From an uncultured Verrucomicrobiae bacterium (GTDB lineage Bacteria > Verrucomicrobiota > Verrucomicrobiia > Chthoniobacterales > Chthoniobacteraceae): DNA of 64,000 nucleotides. The DNA lies in NCBI GenBank assembly GCA_963769025.1, contig CAVYKI010000010.1, positions 32,001 through 96,000 of the forward strand. The letters run 5' to 3'. Below the pieces are notes generated by a model. It did not search any database. It was given only the letters and a program-made list of their open reading frames with translations, and was not told the DNA's origin. A program made the translations under genes and the position numbers. Shown here one piece after another: positions 20,401-29,490 of the stretch (its first letter is position 1; every line of letters begins with the position of its first letter).

Positions 20401-21840
20401 TTAGCCGATGAGCGCCTTGACCACTTTTCCGTAGTTGTCGGTGAAGCGGAAGTCGCGACCATTGTAGCGATAGGTCAGCTTCTCGTGATCGAAACCAAGC
20501 AGCGCCAGTTGCGTCGCGTGCAGATCGTGGACATGGACTTTGTTTTCGACAGCCTTCGCGCCGAACTCGTCGGTCGCGCCATAGGCCTGACCGCCCTTGA
20601 CGCCGCCACCGGCCATCCATGCGACCATTGCGCGACCGTTATGGTCGCGACCCGGGGTTGCGCTGCCGGCACCGTCCGCGGTGACAGTGCGCCCGAATTC
20701 GCCGCCCCAGATGATGAGCGTCGAATCGAGCAAGCCGCGCTGCTTGAGGTCCTTGATGAGGGCTGCAGCCGGCGTGTCGATCGCGCCGGCGGTGCGGGGC
20801 AGGCCGGTTTCGATGTTGGCGTGCATGTCCCAGCCGCCGGCTTCGACTTGCACGAAGCGGACACCGCGTTCAACGAGGCGGCGGGCCACAAGCAACTTCG
20901 CGCCGAGATCGGTCTTCCCGTAGGACTCCTGGATGTCATCGGGTTCCTTGGTGATATCGAAGGCTTCCGTGGCCTCGGTCTGCATCTTGAACGCCATTTC
21001 AAACGACTCAATGCGTGCTTCGAGCTGCGCATCCTTTTGCAGCGCCTGGGCGTGCATCGTGTTGAGCGTCTTGACGAGATCGAGTTGACGGCGCTGGCGT
21101 TCCATCGGGCTGAACTGGTTACGGATGTTCAGGATGACGTTGTCGAGATTCATCCCGCGCGAGTAGTTCACGTTCACGCCTTGGTACGTACCGGGCAGGA
21201 AGGACGACTGGCGCCATTCAGGACGACCGCCGATGGTAACGAAGCCGGGCATGTTCTGGTTGTCCGTGCCGAGGCCGTAAACCACCCACGAACCGAAGGA
21301 CGGCTTGGGAAGCTGGAGCGAACCGGTGTGCATGAAGCGCTGGGCGACTTCGTGCGCCGGTATGTCCGTCCACAGCGAGCGGATGACCGCGATGTCGTCG
21401 ATGAGTTCGCCGAGCTTCGGGAATACCTCGGAGACTTCCACGCCGCTCTTGCCCATCTTCGGGAACTTGAACGGCGAACCAAACGCGAGCCCACCGTGCC
21501 CGGGGATGGTCTTGCCACTGTACTTCGTCAATTCCGGCTTCGGATCCCACGTATCCACCTGCGTGGGTCCACCCGATGCGAAAATGTGAATGATGTGCTT
21601 CGCCTTCGCGGCGAAGTGCGGGCTCTTGGGTGCGAGCGGCCCGGCGATCTTTGCAGCGCCGGGGTTCAGCGCGGAAGCCCCTTCTGCCCAAGGATTGATC
21701 CCGAAAACTCCCGCCAAGCTCATTGCACCGAAGCCCATTCCGGTGCGTTGCAGGAATTGGCGACGGGTAAAGATGATGTCGTCCGCCGACGGAGTGTGTT
21801 CGCGGATGTATTTTTCGCTGGGTTGAATGGGACTGCTCAT
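20401..21840 (-). CDS. DUF1501 family protein (Tat-like N-terminus)
   Basis: TRRQFLQ, HFAAKAKHIIHIF..GGPTQVDTWDPKP, ARRLVERGVRFVQV, WDMH, WGGEFGRT, GRDHN, VHDLHAT. Confidence 0.93.
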   Translation of the reverse strand: MSSPIQPSEKYIREHTPSADDIIFTRRQFLQRTGMGFGAMSLAGVFGINPWAEGASALNPGAAKIAGPLAPKSPHFAAKAKHIIHIFASGGPTQVDTWDPKPELTKYSGKTIPGHGGLAFGSPFKFPKMGKSGVEVSEVFPKLGELIDDIAVIRSLWTDIPAHEVAQRFMHTGSLQLPKPSFGSWVVYGLGTDNQNMPGFVTIGGRPEWRQSSFLPGTYQGVNVNYSRGMNLDNVILNIRNQFSPMERQRRQLDLVKTLNTMHAQALQKDAQLEARIESFEMAFKMQTEATEAFDITKEPDDIQESYGKTDLGAKLLVARRLVERGVRFVQVEAGGWDMHANIETGLPRTAGAIDTPAAALIKDLKQRGLLDSTLIIWGGEFGRTVTADGAGSATPGRDHNGRAMVAWMAGGGVKGGQAYGATDEFGAKAVENKVHVHDLHATQLALLGFDHEKLTYRYNGRDFRFTDNYGKVVKALIG

Positions 21841-22038
21841 GGTGGATTTCTGGGTTTGTTGGATTGAATTAACGTGGCGAACCGGGCGTGGATTTCCCGG
21901 TTATTTCGGATTCCTACACCGTGTATATCGGTTGGCTAGCAAAATGTGAGCATTTTTAAAAAAATTTCATCGCTCCCAATCGGCACCGAATCGGTCGTCG
22001 TGGAGCAACCGGACCACCCCCCCCGGGGCGCACCAGTC

Positions 22039-22755
22039 TCAACGGTTCAGTTTCGCAAGCACTTCGGGATCGCGCACGTCGGCCCACTCGCCCGAAAGTT
22101 CGATGACCCGCACCGTCATTCCGCTCTGCGCGAGGTCGCGGATCGCGTCCGTGAGTTCATACTCGCCGCGCGGTGAGAGCTTCAGCCGCGCCGTGAATTC
22201 GAAGATGGAAGGCCGGAATGTGTAAACCCCGGTGTTGTACCACGGACTGGGCGCGGGGCCTGCGGGTTTTTCGATGAGGTCCGTGAGTTCGAATCGTTCG
22301 TTCACGACGACGCACCCGCCTTTGGCGATCTCGCCGGCGTTGTGCTTCACCGTCACGATTCCCTCTGCCCCCGCGAGGTCGGTGAGGCGCACGTAGTTGG
22401 CCGGGTTGATCAAAATATCACCGTAGCTGAGGATGAACGGATCTTCGCCGGCGAACCCCTTCGCGAGTTCCACAACGCGCCCCGTGCCGTCCTGCACCAC
22501 TTGGGTTGCATAAGAAATACGCACACCGAACTTCGACCCGTCTTCAAAGAATGCGCGCACCACGTCCGCGCGGTAGCCGACGACGATGCAAAAATCCGTG
22601 ATCCCGGCAGCCTTCAATCCCTCAACGATGTGCAGCAGGATGGGCTTGCCGCGGACCTCCAGCATCGGCTTCGGAAGTTCATTCGTGAGCTCCTTCATGC
22701 GCGTGCCTTTGCCCGCGGCGAGTAGCACGGCTTTGGTGACTTTTGTGGCGTTCAC
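22039..22755 (-). CDS. Sugar-phosphate nucleotidyltransferase family protein
   Basis: KAVLLAAGKGTRM...PKPML, SYGD, IEKP, SPRGEYELTDA. GTG start overlaps the upstream stop. Confidence 0.88.
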   Translation of the reverse strand: MNATKVTKAVLLAAGKGTRMKELTNELPKPMLEVRGKPILLHIVEGLKAAGITDFCIVVGYRADVVRAFFEDGSKFGVRISYATQVVQDGTGRVVELAKGFAGEDPFILSYGDILINPANYVRLTDLAGAEGIVTVKHNAGEIAKGGCVVVNERFELTDLIEKPAGPAPSPWYNTGVYTFRPSIFEFTARLKLSPRGEYELTDAIRDLAQSGMTVRVIELSGEWADVRDPEVLAKLNR

Positions 22756-23925
22756 TTGCGGGCCTCCGTCACAAATTCCGCCATGCGCTCCATCGCGATT
22801 TTTATCTTCTCCAACGAGGTCGCGTAGCTGCACCGCACGTGGCCTTCGCCGCTCACGCCGAATGCCGGCCCCGGCACGCAGGCGACCTTTTTCTCCTGCA
22901 GCAGGCGCAGCGAAAATTCCTTGCTCGTGAGCCCCGTGCTCCGGATGTCCGGGAAGACATAGAACGCCCCGAGTGGCTTGAAGCACGGCAGCCCCATGTC
23001 GTTCAGGCTTCGCACGATGAAATTCCGCCGCGCCTCGTATTCTTTTCGCATCATCGCCACGTCGCCTTCGCCGCTTTCGAGCGCCTCGATCGCCGCGTCC
23101 TGCGCCATCGTGTTGGCGCACAGGATCGCGTACTGGTGGACCTTCATCATCGCCTCGGTCAGCGCCGGCGGCGCGCACGCGTAGCCGACGCGAAATCCCG
23201 TCATCGCAAACGCCTTCGAGAACCCGTGCAGAAACACCGTCCGCTCGCGCATGTGCGGCAGCGCCGCGATGCTCACATGCTTGCCGCCGTCGTACGTCAG
23301 TTCGCTGTAGATTTCGTCGGTCAGCACCACGAGATCGTGCTTCACGCACAGCGCCGCGATTTTCTCCAGCTCCTCGCGCGTCTGCGTGGCGCCCGTCGGG
23401 TTGCAGGGAAAATTCATCATCAGCACCTTCGAACGCGGCGTGATCAGCTTCGCGAGTTCCTCCGCGGTCATGCGGAAATTGTCCTTCGCAAAAGTCGGCA
23501 CCGCCACCGGCACGCCGTGCGCGAGCACCACGCTCGGGCTGTAGCTCACGTAGCATGGCTCGTGGTAGAGCACCTCATCGCCGGGGTTCAAAAGCGCGCG
23601 CAGGGCGAGATCGATCGCCTCGCTCACGCCGACCGTCACGATGATCTCCGTCGCCGGATCGTAGCCGACGTGGAAATGTTTCTGCACATACTGCGCGATC
23701 CGCTCGCGCAATTTCGGCAGCCCGAGGTTGCTCGTGTAGCCCGTGTGCCCGCGCTCGAGCCCGTAGATGGCCGCCTCGCGGATGCGCCAGGGCGTGTGAA
23801 AGTCCGGCTCGCCGATGCCGAGCGAGATCACGTCCGCCATCGTCTGGACGATCTCGAAGAAGTCGCGGATCCCCGAGCGCGGGAATGTCGCGCACATGGT
23901 CTGCGATGTATTTGCTGGAAGTCAT
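22752..23925 (-). CDS. PLP-dependent aminotransferase class I/II (YugH/AlaT-like); one probable sequencing frameshift near 23880
   Basis: MTSSKYIADHVRDIP joins RSGIRDFF if one C is removed. ISLGIGEPDF, PCNPTG, DEIYSEL, GFSKAFAMTGFRVGY (PLP lysine). Confidence 0.9.
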
Positions 23926-23930
23926 ATGAA

Positions 23931-24103
23931 AATTTCTGATTGGTGATTTCTGATTTCTGGTTTGGACGAAACCGCCCGCGTGGTTTTGGACGGAGGAGCC
24001 GTGCGCGAGGTGCAGTCAGCAGGCACAGGGAAAAGCCTGTGCCGCCATGCGGGAACGCACGGCTACCAAGCTCGCGCGCCGCAAATCCGAAATCCGAAAT
24101 CCG
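23931..24103. repeat. Intergenic nested palindrome flanked by inverted heptamer arrays (REP/MITE-like)
   Basis: (GATTTCT)n at 23931-23958 and (AAATCCG)x3 at 24083-24103. Stems AGCCGTGCG/CGCACGGCT (23997-24005/24056-24064) and GGCACAGG/CCTGTGCC (24022-24029/24036-24043). Confidence 0.55.
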
Positions 24104-24157
24104 AGCCGAGCGAAGCGAGACCGCCGTGGGCGAAGGCGGGGCAACTCTGAAATGCTC

Positions 24158-24637
24158 TCATGGCGCCACCGAAAGCCGCTCCGGGCCGGTCTCCTTTTTC
24201 AGCTCCACGCCATTCTCCTTGTAAGCCCGCAGGCGAAAATGCGTCGCCGTGGAAATGACGCCCTTTTGCGTGCTCAGCTTCTCCGACACGAAGCCCGCGA
24301 CCTCGTGCAGATTCGGCCCCTCGACCACGACCATCAGGTCATATCCACCGCTCATCAGGTAGCAGCTCTGCACCTCGGGAAATTTGGAAATGCGCTCCGC
24401 CAGCTTGTTGAAGCCGCCATCCCGCTCCGGCGTGAGCTTCACCTCGATCACCGCCGTCACACGTTCCTTCGCCGTCTTCTCCGGATCCACGATCGCCTGA
24501 TAGCCGAGCACGACGCCGTCGTTCTCCAGCTTCTCGATGCGCGCGACCACATCCGTCTCGCTGAGGCCCGAAGCCTTCGCGAGATCGGCGATGGAAGCGC
24601 GCGCATTTTTGCGCAGGAGCGGCAGGATCATGTCCAT
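24158..24637 (-). CDS. Lrp/AsnC family transcriptional regulator
   Basis: ILPLLRKNARASIADLA HTH, RIEKLENDGVVLGY, CYLMSGGYDL, VISTATHF. Same arrangement as the Lrp-aminotransferase (yugG-yugH) pair. Confidence 0.92.
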   Translation of the reverse strand: MDMILPLLRKNARASIADLAKASGLSETDVVARIEKLENDGVVLGYQAIVDPEKTAKERVTAVIEVKLTPERDGGFNKLAERISKFPEVQSCYLMSGGYDLMVVVEGPNLHEVAGFVSEKLSTQKGVISTATHFRLRAYKENGVELKKETGPERLSVAP

Positions 24638-24744
24638 TTTGGAAAAAAGCGGGCGCCACGTCTCGCGTGCGCAGCCGGTGCGGGCAAGCGAAAATGCGGC
24701 AGCCGCCGCAAATGGGTTCGTTTGGCAAAAATCGCATTTCGCAT

Positions 24745-24892
24745 TCACCCCCGGTCGGCGACCTCCACGGAAAGCGGTGCGGGGATCCCCTCGCCCTGGC
24801 GCATCCGCTGCACGCGTTCGAGCTGCGCCATCGCCCGATACATCTGCCGTTCCAGCTTCGTCTCGTAGCGCAGGATTTTGTCGAGCGTCGGC
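24745..24892 (-). pseudogene. Orphan C-terminal fragment of a helical hypothetical protein
   Basis: PTLDKILRYETKLERQMYRAMAQLERVQRMRQGEGIPAPLSVEVADRG* with strong coding-type codons, an in-frame stop shortly upstream and no ATG for the 5' part. Confidence 0.55.
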
Positions 24893-25071
24893 CCAGCTTC
24901 GCAGCACGCAGGTAGCGGAGCGCTATCCAGTCCCGGCGTTGCTCATGATTCCAGTGGCGCGGGGCTGTAGCAGCGCCGCGAAGAATTGGCGAGTGCAGTC
25001 TCAGCCGTGTTCCCCCAGCAGCATCGCACCGGTGCAGACATTCAGCCGATGCGGCTCTTGGATCGCGCCGT

Positions 25072-26583
25072 TCACGCTCCGAGCGCCGCGCGGGTGCGCT
25101 TCACGAGATCGTTGTCCTTGTCGCCGGAACCTCTCAGGTAAAACGCGCTCGCGGCCAGCATCCGGTCGCGCCACGGCGGCGTGAGGGACTCACAGTCCTC
25201 AAGCACGGCGGCGCTGAACTTGTAATCATGCGAGTTGGTGCCCTTGAGGAAGATCAGCCTGCGCGCAGCCTCGGCGATCGGTCGCGGGCTTTGATGCTCC
25301 TTGAGGTAGCCAAGAATCTTTCGCGCCGCGGTGAGGCGATCCTTGCTCACGTCGGCGAAGATTTCCGCGACCGCCTCATCGCCCTTCGCCGCAGGCGTGA
25401 GCGGCTCCAGCGTGTCGATGTGGAGTCCCGTGTCCTTCCGGTCGCCGCGGAAAAGCGGGAGGAGCGCGGCATTCTGGAGCAGAAGCAGGCGCCGCGTCCC
25501 GTCGCTCTGGGTCCGGTGCCACGCATAGTGAATGGCATTGGTGAACGTCGTCGCGTGGAGGGAGAGAATCCCGGGCGCTTGCATCAGCAACTCGCCTGCG
25601 GATTGGAAAAGCGCGTCGAAGACCGATTGAGGCGCGACTCCCTGGTTCAGCAGTTTCAGCGTCACAGCGCTCGCATCGTCCGCGCCCCCGGTGCGGATCG
25701 CTTGACACAGATCAGCGCTCGCTTCCGCGCTGGGTTTGCCGGAGAGCCAGTCCTCCCGCACCTGCTTCATGTTCCCGAGGTTCTGGCGGAACGGACGATC
25801 CGCCGCGAGGTCGGCCTTCGCCGGATTCTCCTTCGCGCCGCCGCGGTCGAGCAGTGCGTACGCAAGCGAGCGGAGCACCGGCTCGGCATGGTGCCAGCCG
25901 ATCGCCTCCAAAGTGCGGAAGCTGTTCGCGACATAGATCGCCTTGTGCCCGATGTCGCGGAAGTCACGCGCGCCATACCGGCAGAAGACATCGAACAGCT
26001 CATTCGCGCCCGCGGCCCGGGCGAACCCGACCACCGCTGCGTCCGCCGCAGCTTCGTCCCAGTTTTCCATCGCCTCGATGAACGCCTGCCGGGCGCGGTG
26101 ATTCGGTGGCACAACCGCTTCATCCACCGGCTCCATCGTCCAATTGCCCTCGCGCACGTCCGCCGCCTGCGAACTCTTGAACTGATCGATCGCCCAGAAG
26201 ATCGGCAGCCAGCGGTCGCGATCCGCCGAGGCGAGGCTGGCGATGTGGGCTGAGTTGATGACGAGCACCGCGTGGAATTTGAATCCGACGGGCCGCGGCT
26301 GAATGTTCCGGACGCCCGCCAGCAACAGCGCTGCAAGAACTTCGCGGTAGCTCAGCCCGCGCTGGATTCGAGCGGCCACTTCCTCCAGCACACGCTCGCG
26401 TGGCCTGTCCTCCAGAAGCCGCACAAGCGGCTCGATGTCGGGATGGAAGCGGACCGTCCGCGGATCGATGGCCGCCTCCTGCGCAGTGACGGATGGGAGT
26501 CGCGAAAGAAAACCGAAATTGCCCAGCGCAACGACGGCTCCAGCACTGCTGGTCGATTTCAGGAAGGAACGACGGTCGATCAT
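25072..26583 (-). CDS. Tat-exported hypothetical helical protein with repeated His motifs
   Basis: GGAGG RBS, MIDRRSFLK twin-arginine signal, motifs HAVLVINSAH, GHKAIYVANS, LHATTFTNAIH, SHDYKF. Confidence 0.75.
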   Translation of the reverse strand: MIDRRSFLKSTSSAGAVVALGNFGFLSRLPSVTAQEAAIDPRTVRFHPDIEPLVRLLEDRPRERVLEEVAARIQRGLSYREVLAALLLAGVRNIQPRPVGFKFHAVLVINSAHIASLASADRDRWLPIFWAIDQFKSSQAADVREGNWTMEPVDEAVVPPNHRARQAFIEAMENWDEAAADAAVVGFARAAGANELFDVFCRYGARDFRDIGHKAIYVANSFRTLEAIGWHHAEPVLRSLAYALLDRGGAKENPAKADLAADRPFRQNLGNMKQVREDWLSGKPSAEASADLCQAIRTGGADDASAVTLKLLNQGVAPQSVFDALFQSAGELLMQAPGILSLHATTFTNAIHYAWHRTQSDGTRRLLLLQNAALLPLFRGDRKDTGLHIDTLEPLTPAAKGDEAVAEIFADVSKDRLTAARKILGYLKEHQSPRPIAEAARRLIFLKGTNSHDYKFSAAVLEDCESLTPPWRDRMLAASAFYLRGSGDKDNDLVKRTRAALGA

Positions 26584-26700
26584 AAGATTACCTCCAAACG
26601 ATTTGTGGAACGAAGCTACCACCAAACACGCGCCGTGCGAGCGCCTTGATTTCGCTAAGGCAAATCCGAATGGTTCACCGGTCCTTCCCTCCGCGATGCG

Positions 26701-26964
26701 GACAGGCGAGTCCATCTGCGTCTCGAAGTCATAAACGTGGAATTCGTGAAATTCGTGGAAGTGGCCGAAGGCGATGAAGAGGCGGTCGAGGAAGCGCTGC
26801 GCCTGATCGTTGTCGTCTCATTCGGAGACGACCTGCGAAATGCCTCCGGGTTTTACGAACGCGCTCACGCGCGGGGCAGTCTCGTCGGCGGTGATGTGTG
26901 CCTTTGCCCATGCGGTGAAGGTGGCAAGTTTTTCGGGAGAGGAGCGCAGTTCAGCCGTGGCCAC
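26701..26964 (-). pseudogene. Degenerate 5' remnant of an MmeI-like type IIL restriction-modification gene (copy 1)
   Basis: VATAELRSSPEKLATFTAWAKAHITADE...[insert, stop]...QAQRFLDRLFIAFGH...EFHVYDFETQMDSPV, clearly homologous to the copy at 30391-30804. Confidence 0.65.
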
Positions 26965-27089
26965 AGGGCGGAGAGTGCCCGGGAGTCGGGAGCGTTTCAC
27001 GCCGTGGGGCGCGGCGTTCTCTTCGCGACAGCCCGTTTTGCGGACGATTTTCCCGGCCACAAGGCACGCTGGCCCGAATCCGTCTTAGA

Positions 27090-27248
27090 ATGAAACAACC
27101 TCCGACCCCCAATAAAGCCGGCGACAAGAAGCCCTCCGACCCCCGCGAAGACCCGAAAGCCCGCGACTCCCGCGGCAAGGCAAGCCGCGAGGAAGTGCGC
27201 AAGGTCCACAGCGTGCCCGCATCCCGCAAACCCGGGTCCCGCAAGTAG
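27090..27248 (+). CDS. Small basic hypothetical protein (52 aa, not in ORF track)
   Basis: MKQPPTPNKAGDKKPSDPREDPKARDSRGKASREEVRKVHSVPASRKPGSRK*, mostly G/C third positions. Confidence 0.5.
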   Translation: MKQPPTPNKAGDKKPSDPREDPKARDSRGKASREEVRKVHSVPASRKPGSRK

Positions 27249-27497
27249 CCGCCTCGCGGCTTGGCAAGGCGAACCCGCTTCGGATTACCGCGCGGGCAGC
27301 GTTGGGTCGCAGCACGGTAACGCGGTGCCGACGGAGAGCGGGACGTCGATGAGCGGGAGCTCGCAGTTGTCTTCGGTTCCTCGGGGACACGGGCCAGGAA
27401 CGGGTGCGGGCACGACACGGCGGGCAGGCCGGGGGGTCGCCCAGGGACCGATGGAAATCCGCTTGCGGGACCGAAGAAGATCAGGTTGCGTTGCGCA

Positions 27498-27821
27498 ATG
27501 TCCTTCCGAGGAGTCCAGTTTCAACGCTGTGCTTCGTTTTTGCGCCGCCGAAATGCGCAGTCTGCTGCCGTTCTCCTCGTGGCACTCACGGCATTCGTCC
27601 TCGCGGGCCGCGCGCAGGCTGCATTGTTGGTTTACGAAGGTTTTACCGGGTACACATCGGGCAGCAATTTGATCGGCCACACGGTCAGCGCCGACACGAT
27701 CGGACTCGACACCTCCGCTCAATGGAGCACGACACAACTTGGGGACCTCACCGTGCAGGCGTCGGGCCTTGCCCTTGGGAGCCTGATCGGATCGCCGGTC
27801 CGAAAATCCAGCAAACCATGA
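27498..27821 (+). pseudogene. Truncated N-terminus of a secreted (PEP-CTERM-type) protein
   Basis: Signal peptide ending AQA followed by ALLVYEGF.GY..G.NL.G, a common start of such proteins. Ends abruptly with TGA overlapping the next ATG. Confidence 0.5.
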
Positions 27822-28717
27822 AACCGCTTCCCCTTCCCCTCATCGCAGCGGTCGGGATTCTGCTTATCGCGCCACCGGGACATGCGCAGGTCCTGGTCAA
27901 CGACACATTTTCGGACAACGAACGCTCGACGCAGAGTCCGCCGAGTTCGCTCAGTTGGATCGTGGGGGCGCACAATGGGACGGCTGCCAATGCTTTCGGG
28001 ACACTGGATGCGTCCGGAGGCAACCTGGTGCTCGACCACACGCAGTCCCCAGGGGTGAACAGCTTCGCGGTGGCCATCGGATATTTCACGGTCAGCGGTT
28101 CACCCGTCGTGCTCAGCATGGGCGAGACATTGACGCTGAGCTTCGACGTCAGCTTCAGCAACGGGTCTTTCCAAACCAACAACGGGGCTTTCCGATGGGC
28201 CCTGTTCGACTCCGGCGGCAGCCGCGTGTCGGCGGATTTCGCCGGCAACAACGCTCCGGGCATCTCCAGCGGCACCACCTTCAACGGCTACCGTGGCTAC
28301 GAGGCACAGTCGCGGATCGACGGTATGGCCACGCCCAATGCGATGTTCACTCGCGAGCGGACAGGGAGTGGCGCAGGGCTTTTCAACAGCACCGAATGGG
28401 CGGCACAGCTGGGCAGTGAAACCTCCTCCGCGTCCTACGCCGCCAATGTGACCTATGGCGGGTCGCTGATTTTGGAGCGCACCGCTTCCGGGGTGAATGT
28501 GCAGGGCTCGCTCAATGGCGCAACGACTTCCAGCTATCTCGATACCACGCCGGTAACCCAGTTCGACACGATCGCCTTCTTCACCGTGGACGGCCTCTCG
28601 CACGACCTCACTTTCGACAATGTGAACGTGACGGTGACCCCGGAACCTGCCGCCGGCAGCCTTCTGGCAATGGCCGGTTTGAGCTTGCTGTCCATGAGGC
28701 GCCGGCGTCGCGCCTGA
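27818..28717 (+). CDS. PEP-CTERM sorting domain protein
   Basis: Signal peptide, S/T/G/N-rich beta body, C-terminal VTPEPAAGSLLAMAGLSLLSMRRRRRA. Confidence 0.9.
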   Translation: MKPLPLPLIAAVGILLIAPPGHAQVLVNDTFSDNERSTQSPPSSLSWIVGAHNGTAANAFGTLDASGGNLVLDHTQSPGVNSFAVAIGYFTVSGSPVVLSMGETLTLSFDVSFSNGSFQTNNGAFRWALFDSGGSRVSADFAGNNAPGISSGTTFNGYRGYEAQSRIDGMATPNAMFTRERTGSGAGLFNSTEWAAQLGSETSSASYAANVTYGGSLILERTASGVNVQGSLNGATTSSYLDTTPVTQFDTIAFFTVDGLSHDLTFDNVNVTVTPEPAAGSLLAMAGLSLLSMRRRRRA

Positions 28718-28737
28718 ACGGTTCGCCGGCGGTCCGG

Positions 28738-29490
28738 CTACTGCCCTGGCAGCGGGGCGATTTTCTCGCGCGGGACTTCCAGCGGCGCGTCGCCATCGTC
28801 CCATTTCACGGTGTAGGAATTCTCGCGCCGGGCCGTGACGGTGCCGGGAAACATCTGCGCGCCGCGCCAGCACGCGAGGACGCGGGCGCCGACCGCGATC
28901 CCGCGGTCCGCATCCACGCGCACCATGTCGCCGATGCCCACGGCCCCCTTGTCGCCGTCGCCGTAGGCCACGTGGTATTTCCCCCCGTCTGCCATCCCGG
29001 TGATCGTCGCGATGTAATAGGCATTCCCGCCCCACTTCGCCGCCACGCTCGTGCCGATGGAGAGCCTCGGCGCAAATGCGGGTGCCGCCGCAGCCTGCTG
29101 CCCCAGCTTCACGACACGATCCCGCGCGACCTCCAGCGGTGCATCGCCATCGTCCCACTTCACCGTCACGGTGAATTCCGTCTTCGCCGTGACCGTGCCG
29201 GGGAACATCCCCGCGCCATTCCATGCGGCGAGCACCTTGTCGCCGATCGCAAAGTCCGCATCGCGCGAAATGCGGATGAGGTCCGCCGCGCCCACGGTCG
29301 CCTTGTCGCCATCGTCGTAAAGCACGTCGAACCGTCCGCCGCCCGCCGCGGTGACGGTCGCGAGGTAATGGCGCCCGTCGCTCCACTTCGCCGCGACCTT
29401 GTCGCCGGGTTTCGCGTCATCGGCAAAAGTGAGGGTGTGCGCGGTGAGAAAGATCGCCGCAAGGAGCAAGGAGGACATCCATTGTTTCAT
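28738..29490 (-). CDS. Secreted protein with four Tudor/Agenet-like repeats
   Basis: Signal peptide, four units of G..VxAxW....(Y/F)x(A/G)T(V/I).......(F/Y)xVx(Y/W)(D/G)DGD arranged as a duplicated pair. Confidence 0.75.
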   Translation of the reverse strand: MKQWMSSLLLAAIFLTAHTLTFADDAKPGDKVAAKWSDGRHYLATVTAAGGGRFDVLYDDGDKATVGAADLIRISRDADFAIGDKVLAAWNGAGMFPGTVTAKTEFTVTVKWDDGDAPLEVARDRVVKLGQQAAAAPAFAPRLSIGTSVAAKWGGNAYYIATITGMADGGKYHVAYGDGDKGAVGIGDMVRVDADRGIAVGARVLACWRGAQMFPGTVTARRENSYTVKWDDGDAPLEVPREKIAPLPGQ

